DNA of 64,000 nucleotides, taken from assembly GCF_001194135.2 (NCBI RefSeq), contig NC_068998.1, positions 38,863,209-38,927,208 of the forward strand. Direction: 5' to 3'. The notes under the pieces were generated by a model. The model ran no database searches. It was given only the letters and a program-made list of their open reading frames with translations, and had not been told where the DNA came from. Of this stretch, positions 60,690-64,000 are shown in pieces. Source of the DNA: Octopus bimaculoides (taxonomy: Eukaryota). The position numbers and the translations under genes are program-made. The first letter of the stretch is position 1. Each line of letters opens with the position of its first letter.

Positions 60690-62150
60690 AACTAATGAGG
60701 TTTTCACTTCTTCGAAAGTGCTTCATGTGGCTTCAAGTGTACAAAGTTTTCTTTATGTTTAAAATCAATGTTTCAACCGAGTACTGATTCAACTGAGTTG
60801 AGTCAAGTTAAGGCCACCAGACAACATTTTGGCTTGTTTGTTCTGGGATAATTTCTGTCTCGATTTGAACTCACTGAATGAATGTTCAGCTGAGGCTGCC
60901 ATACCAAGCATTGAGAGAAAAATCCAAAGTGATGCACGAAGATTTGGAACATACAAGTACAAGTTGGATGTTTTCCAACTTGTAATTGTATATTATGTTG
61001 AGTAAATTGATGGGTTTAATTTGAATTTAGCCAAAGTTGTCACAGCATTAGAATTTTTCATGTCAATTAATTCATTTGAGAGTCCTTTAGTTTTTACATC
61101 AGAATTATAATTTCTACAGTGACACAGACTCTGTGGTCAAAAGATTTTTCAGTATTGACAGCTATTGCCAGAGGAATGCAAAAGTATCAGAGATTTCCTT
61201 TGCAGTTCAAATATTCTTGCTAACCACTAATAATAGAATCAACAAGGATATAAAAAAAAGTTGTTTGAAATAATGATTCTGCAGATGTTTCAAAACTCTT
61301 TGTCTGGCTTTTATCACTTGATTGGTTATCATAAAAGTTCTTTTGCTTCCCATCATTTGCTTGTATTTTAATTTCAATTTCCAGACAGTTAGCAACATGT
61401 TTTGATTGCCAGAGGAATGTCCAATTGATCTTGCATTCCCAGTAGATTTTCCATAAGTATTTCAATGTCGCCCACTTCAAAATCAACAGTGGCATCTCTT
61501 TCCTGTAATACTATTTTGTGGATGTTAATGGGAACAAAAATGTCGAACCAGATGGATGATATGAAGATGCATATGAAAGAGAATATGTATTTAATAGTTC
61601 CTTTTATTTCATTTCTGGTCTTTGGCATCAGATTACATTTCAGAATGTCCTACGGGGCCAATTTGATACATTTGGGATTTCATACAAATGACTACACACG
61701 TATGATTCTGGCTAATATGAAGAGAGTTTATACATAAAGCAATGATTGTATGTGTGAGAAGAATCTACCATCTTTTCGGATTATAGAAATATATATAGAT
61801 ACTCATAACAGATCCAGAAAAGATAACTGTTTTGTTACAGCACTGCTGAATCTATATCACACAAATTCAATATAAGATATTCACACAGTGAGAAAAGAAC
61901 AAGAGGATTTTCATTAACTAATATCCATTGTACTCCTGGGTACTTGACAGTCATATTGTCACCACTGACATATTCTTTAAGTCTGCAATTTTTACAAAGC
62001 GAACAATGATTTTTACTTAATGTTTCCTTTATCAGGTGTGTGATGCCAAAACCTGCTTTCTTACAATAATCTTCAAAACAATGAAATTTCTCTGCAACTT
62101 TAAATTCACAATTTAGACTTTAAAAGGTAGTATATGATACACATTGGTGT
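60690..62150 (-). mobile_element. Degenerate hAT transposase remnant
   Basis: Minus strand: GVQWILVNENPLV.. (resembles GVQARI..NP.A.FVHC), EIKGTIKYIFSFICIF..WFDIFVPINIHKIVLQERDATVD, and MAASAEHSFSEFK (hAT dimerisation ASAERSFSKLK). Many stops and frameshifts. Confidence 0.7.
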
Positions 62151-63096
62151 GATGAAGGGTATCAAACTGTAGAAACTATGCTTGGCTCAGTCTTCCGACT
62201 TGCCAGCTCCTTTCCTACTGTCTAACCCATGCCAGCACGGAAAATGGCTGTTAAATGATGATGATGATGATGATGATGTAGATGATGGTGGTGGTGGTGG
62301 TGGTGGTGGTGGTGGTGGTGATGATGATGATGATGATGNNNNNNNNNNNNNNNNNNNNNNNNNNNNNNNNNNNNNNNNNNNNNNNNNNNNNNNNNNNNNN
62401 NNNNNNNNNNNNNNNNNNNNNNNNNNNNNNNNNNNNNNNNNNNNNNNNNNNNNNNNNNNNNNNNNNNNNNNNNNNNNNNNNNNNNNNNNNNNNNNNNNNN
62501 NNNNNNNNNNNNNNNNNNNNNNNNNNNNNNNNNNNNNNNNNNNNNNNNNNNNNNNNNNNNNNNNNNNNNNNNNNNNNNNNNNNNNNNNNNNNNNNNNNNN
62601 NNNNNNNNNNNNNNNNNNNNNNNNNNNNNNNNNNNNNNNNNNNNNNNNNNNNNNNNNNNNNNNNNNNNNNNNNNNNNNNNNNNNNNNNNNNNNNNNNNNN
62701 NNNNNNNNNNNNNNNNNNNNNNNNNNNNNNNNNNNNNNNNNNNNNNNNNNNNNNNNNNNNNNNNNNNNNNNNNNNNNNNNNNNNNNNNNNNNNNNNNNNN
62801 NNNNNNNNNNNNNNNNNNNNNNNNNNNNNNNNNNNNNNNNNNNNNNNNNNNNNNNNNNNNNNNNNNNNNNNNNNNNNNNNNNNNNNNNNNNNNNNNNNNN
62901 NNNNNNNNNNNNNNNNNNNNNNNNNNNNNNNNNNNNNNNNNNNNNNNNNNNNNNNNNNNNNNNNNNNNNNNNNNNNNNNNNNNNNNNNNNNNNNNNNNNN
63001 NNNNNNNNNNNNNNNNNNNNNNNNNNNNNNNNNNNNNNNNNNNNNNNNNNNNNNNNNNNNNNNNNNNNNNNNNNNNNNNNNNNNNNNNNNNNNNNN

Positions 63097-63410
63097 ACTC
63101 GTTTCAGCCATTTGACTGTGGCCATGCTGGAGCACCGCCTTTAGTCGAGCAAATCGACCCCAGGACTTATTCTTTGTAAGCCTGGTACTTGTTCTATCGG
63201 TCTCTTTTGCCGAAACGCTAAGTTACGGAGACGTAAACACACCAGCATCGGTTGTCAAGCGATGTTGGGGGGACAAACACAGACACACAAACACACACAC
63301 ACGCACATATATATATACATATATACGATGGGCTTTTTTCAGTTTCCATCTACCAAATCCACTCACAAGACTTTGGTCGGCCCAAGGCTATAGTAGAAGA
63401 CACTTGCCCA
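63097..63410 (-). mobile_element. CORE-type SINE
   Basis: Same family. Other partial copies near 14-190, 780-890, 1610-1780, 5000-5660, 10230-10340, 16040-16970, 17209-17380, 18565-18690, 33480-33650, 33960-34160, 35100-35250, 36330-36900, 37700-38470, 53530-53950, 56960-57300, 58320-58500 and 58960-59030. Confidence 0.85.
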
Positions 63411-63484
63411 TGCCAGCATGGAAAATAGATGCTAAATGATGATGATGACGATGATGATAATGATGACAGTACAATGTTTATTAT

Positions 63485-63583
63485 TTACATTTGACAGATA
63501 TTTGTCCTCATCTTGTTTGTTGTTAACACAATGTTTCGGCTGATATACCCTCCATCCTGATTAAGGCTGGAGGATATATCAGA
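63485..63583. mobile_element. Collapsed inverted remnant of the same HHR family
   Basis: Reverse-complement tail plus HHR half (63485-63554) followed by forward CCTGATTAAGGCTGGAGGATATATCAG. Flanked by ACAGTACAAT(G/A)TTTATTAT at 63466-63484 and 63584-63602. Confidence 0.65.
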
Positions 63584-63749
63584 ACAGTACAATATTTATT
63601 ATACAATGCATATCAGAACAGTATATAGAACAGTACAGTGTTTATTATACACACCGATTGGATATGGTGGTCCAGTAGAGTAAAATAAGTATCAAAAGGA
63701 CTTATAGGCTAAAAATGGTTGAGAACCACTGATCTATAGGAACAGAATC

Positions 63750-64000
63750 ACAAATTCTGAAGTCCTGACAAGAGCCAATAAGTGTAGCCTGCAAGAAAAT
63801 GTAGAGGAAAGAAGAGTAAGATCTTGTTTTCCCCGACTGCCAAGAAGACAAATACCTAAGACAACTATACAGTGGGTAGCACCAGAAGGATGGAGAAAGA
63901 GATGGTGACTCAAGAAGGCATGGTGCATCACTTTCAAAACAGAAAGAACTGCTGCAACTTAACATCAATTGGAGAGATGTAGGTGACTTTGCTCAAAAGC
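63750..64000 (+). mobile_element. RTE LINE ORF2 C-terminal fragment
   Basis: RLPRRQIPKTTIQWVAPEGWRKR..KKAWCITFKTE (cf. R.P+..L.W.P.GKR.RGRPK.TW). Confidence 0.6.

Overview
AT-rich, repeat-dominated animal genomic DNA with 9 assembly gaps. The repeat families look like those of Octopus (inference from SINE, LINE and MITE sequence, not verified by search). I found no intact protein-coding gene, rRNA, true tRNA or CRISPR array. The long ORFs in the track are microsatellite or N-gap artefacts. The window holds more than 50 tRNA-derived SINE copies of at least 3 families, many RTE-type 3' ends with (GAT)n tails, and eroded coding remnants of Chapaev3, Tigger/pogo, hAT, mariner, Penelope-like (RT and GIY-YIG), Tx1/L1, RTE and R4/Dong elements. 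It also holds TTAA-flanked MITEs, old minisatellite arrays and long microsatellites. The most notable signal is a set of small non-coding retroelements carrying hammerhead-ribozyme (HHR) motifs. One family has a tRNA-like Pol III head, an (AAT)n linker, a minimal HHR and a tail. At all three of its loci it is inserted as an inverted (head-to-head) structure between 12-19 bp direct repeats. The largest is a ~505-bp palindrome (34495-34999) nested inside a second, different HHR-containing hairpin element. A third HHR family forms another inverted repeat at 46.2 kb.
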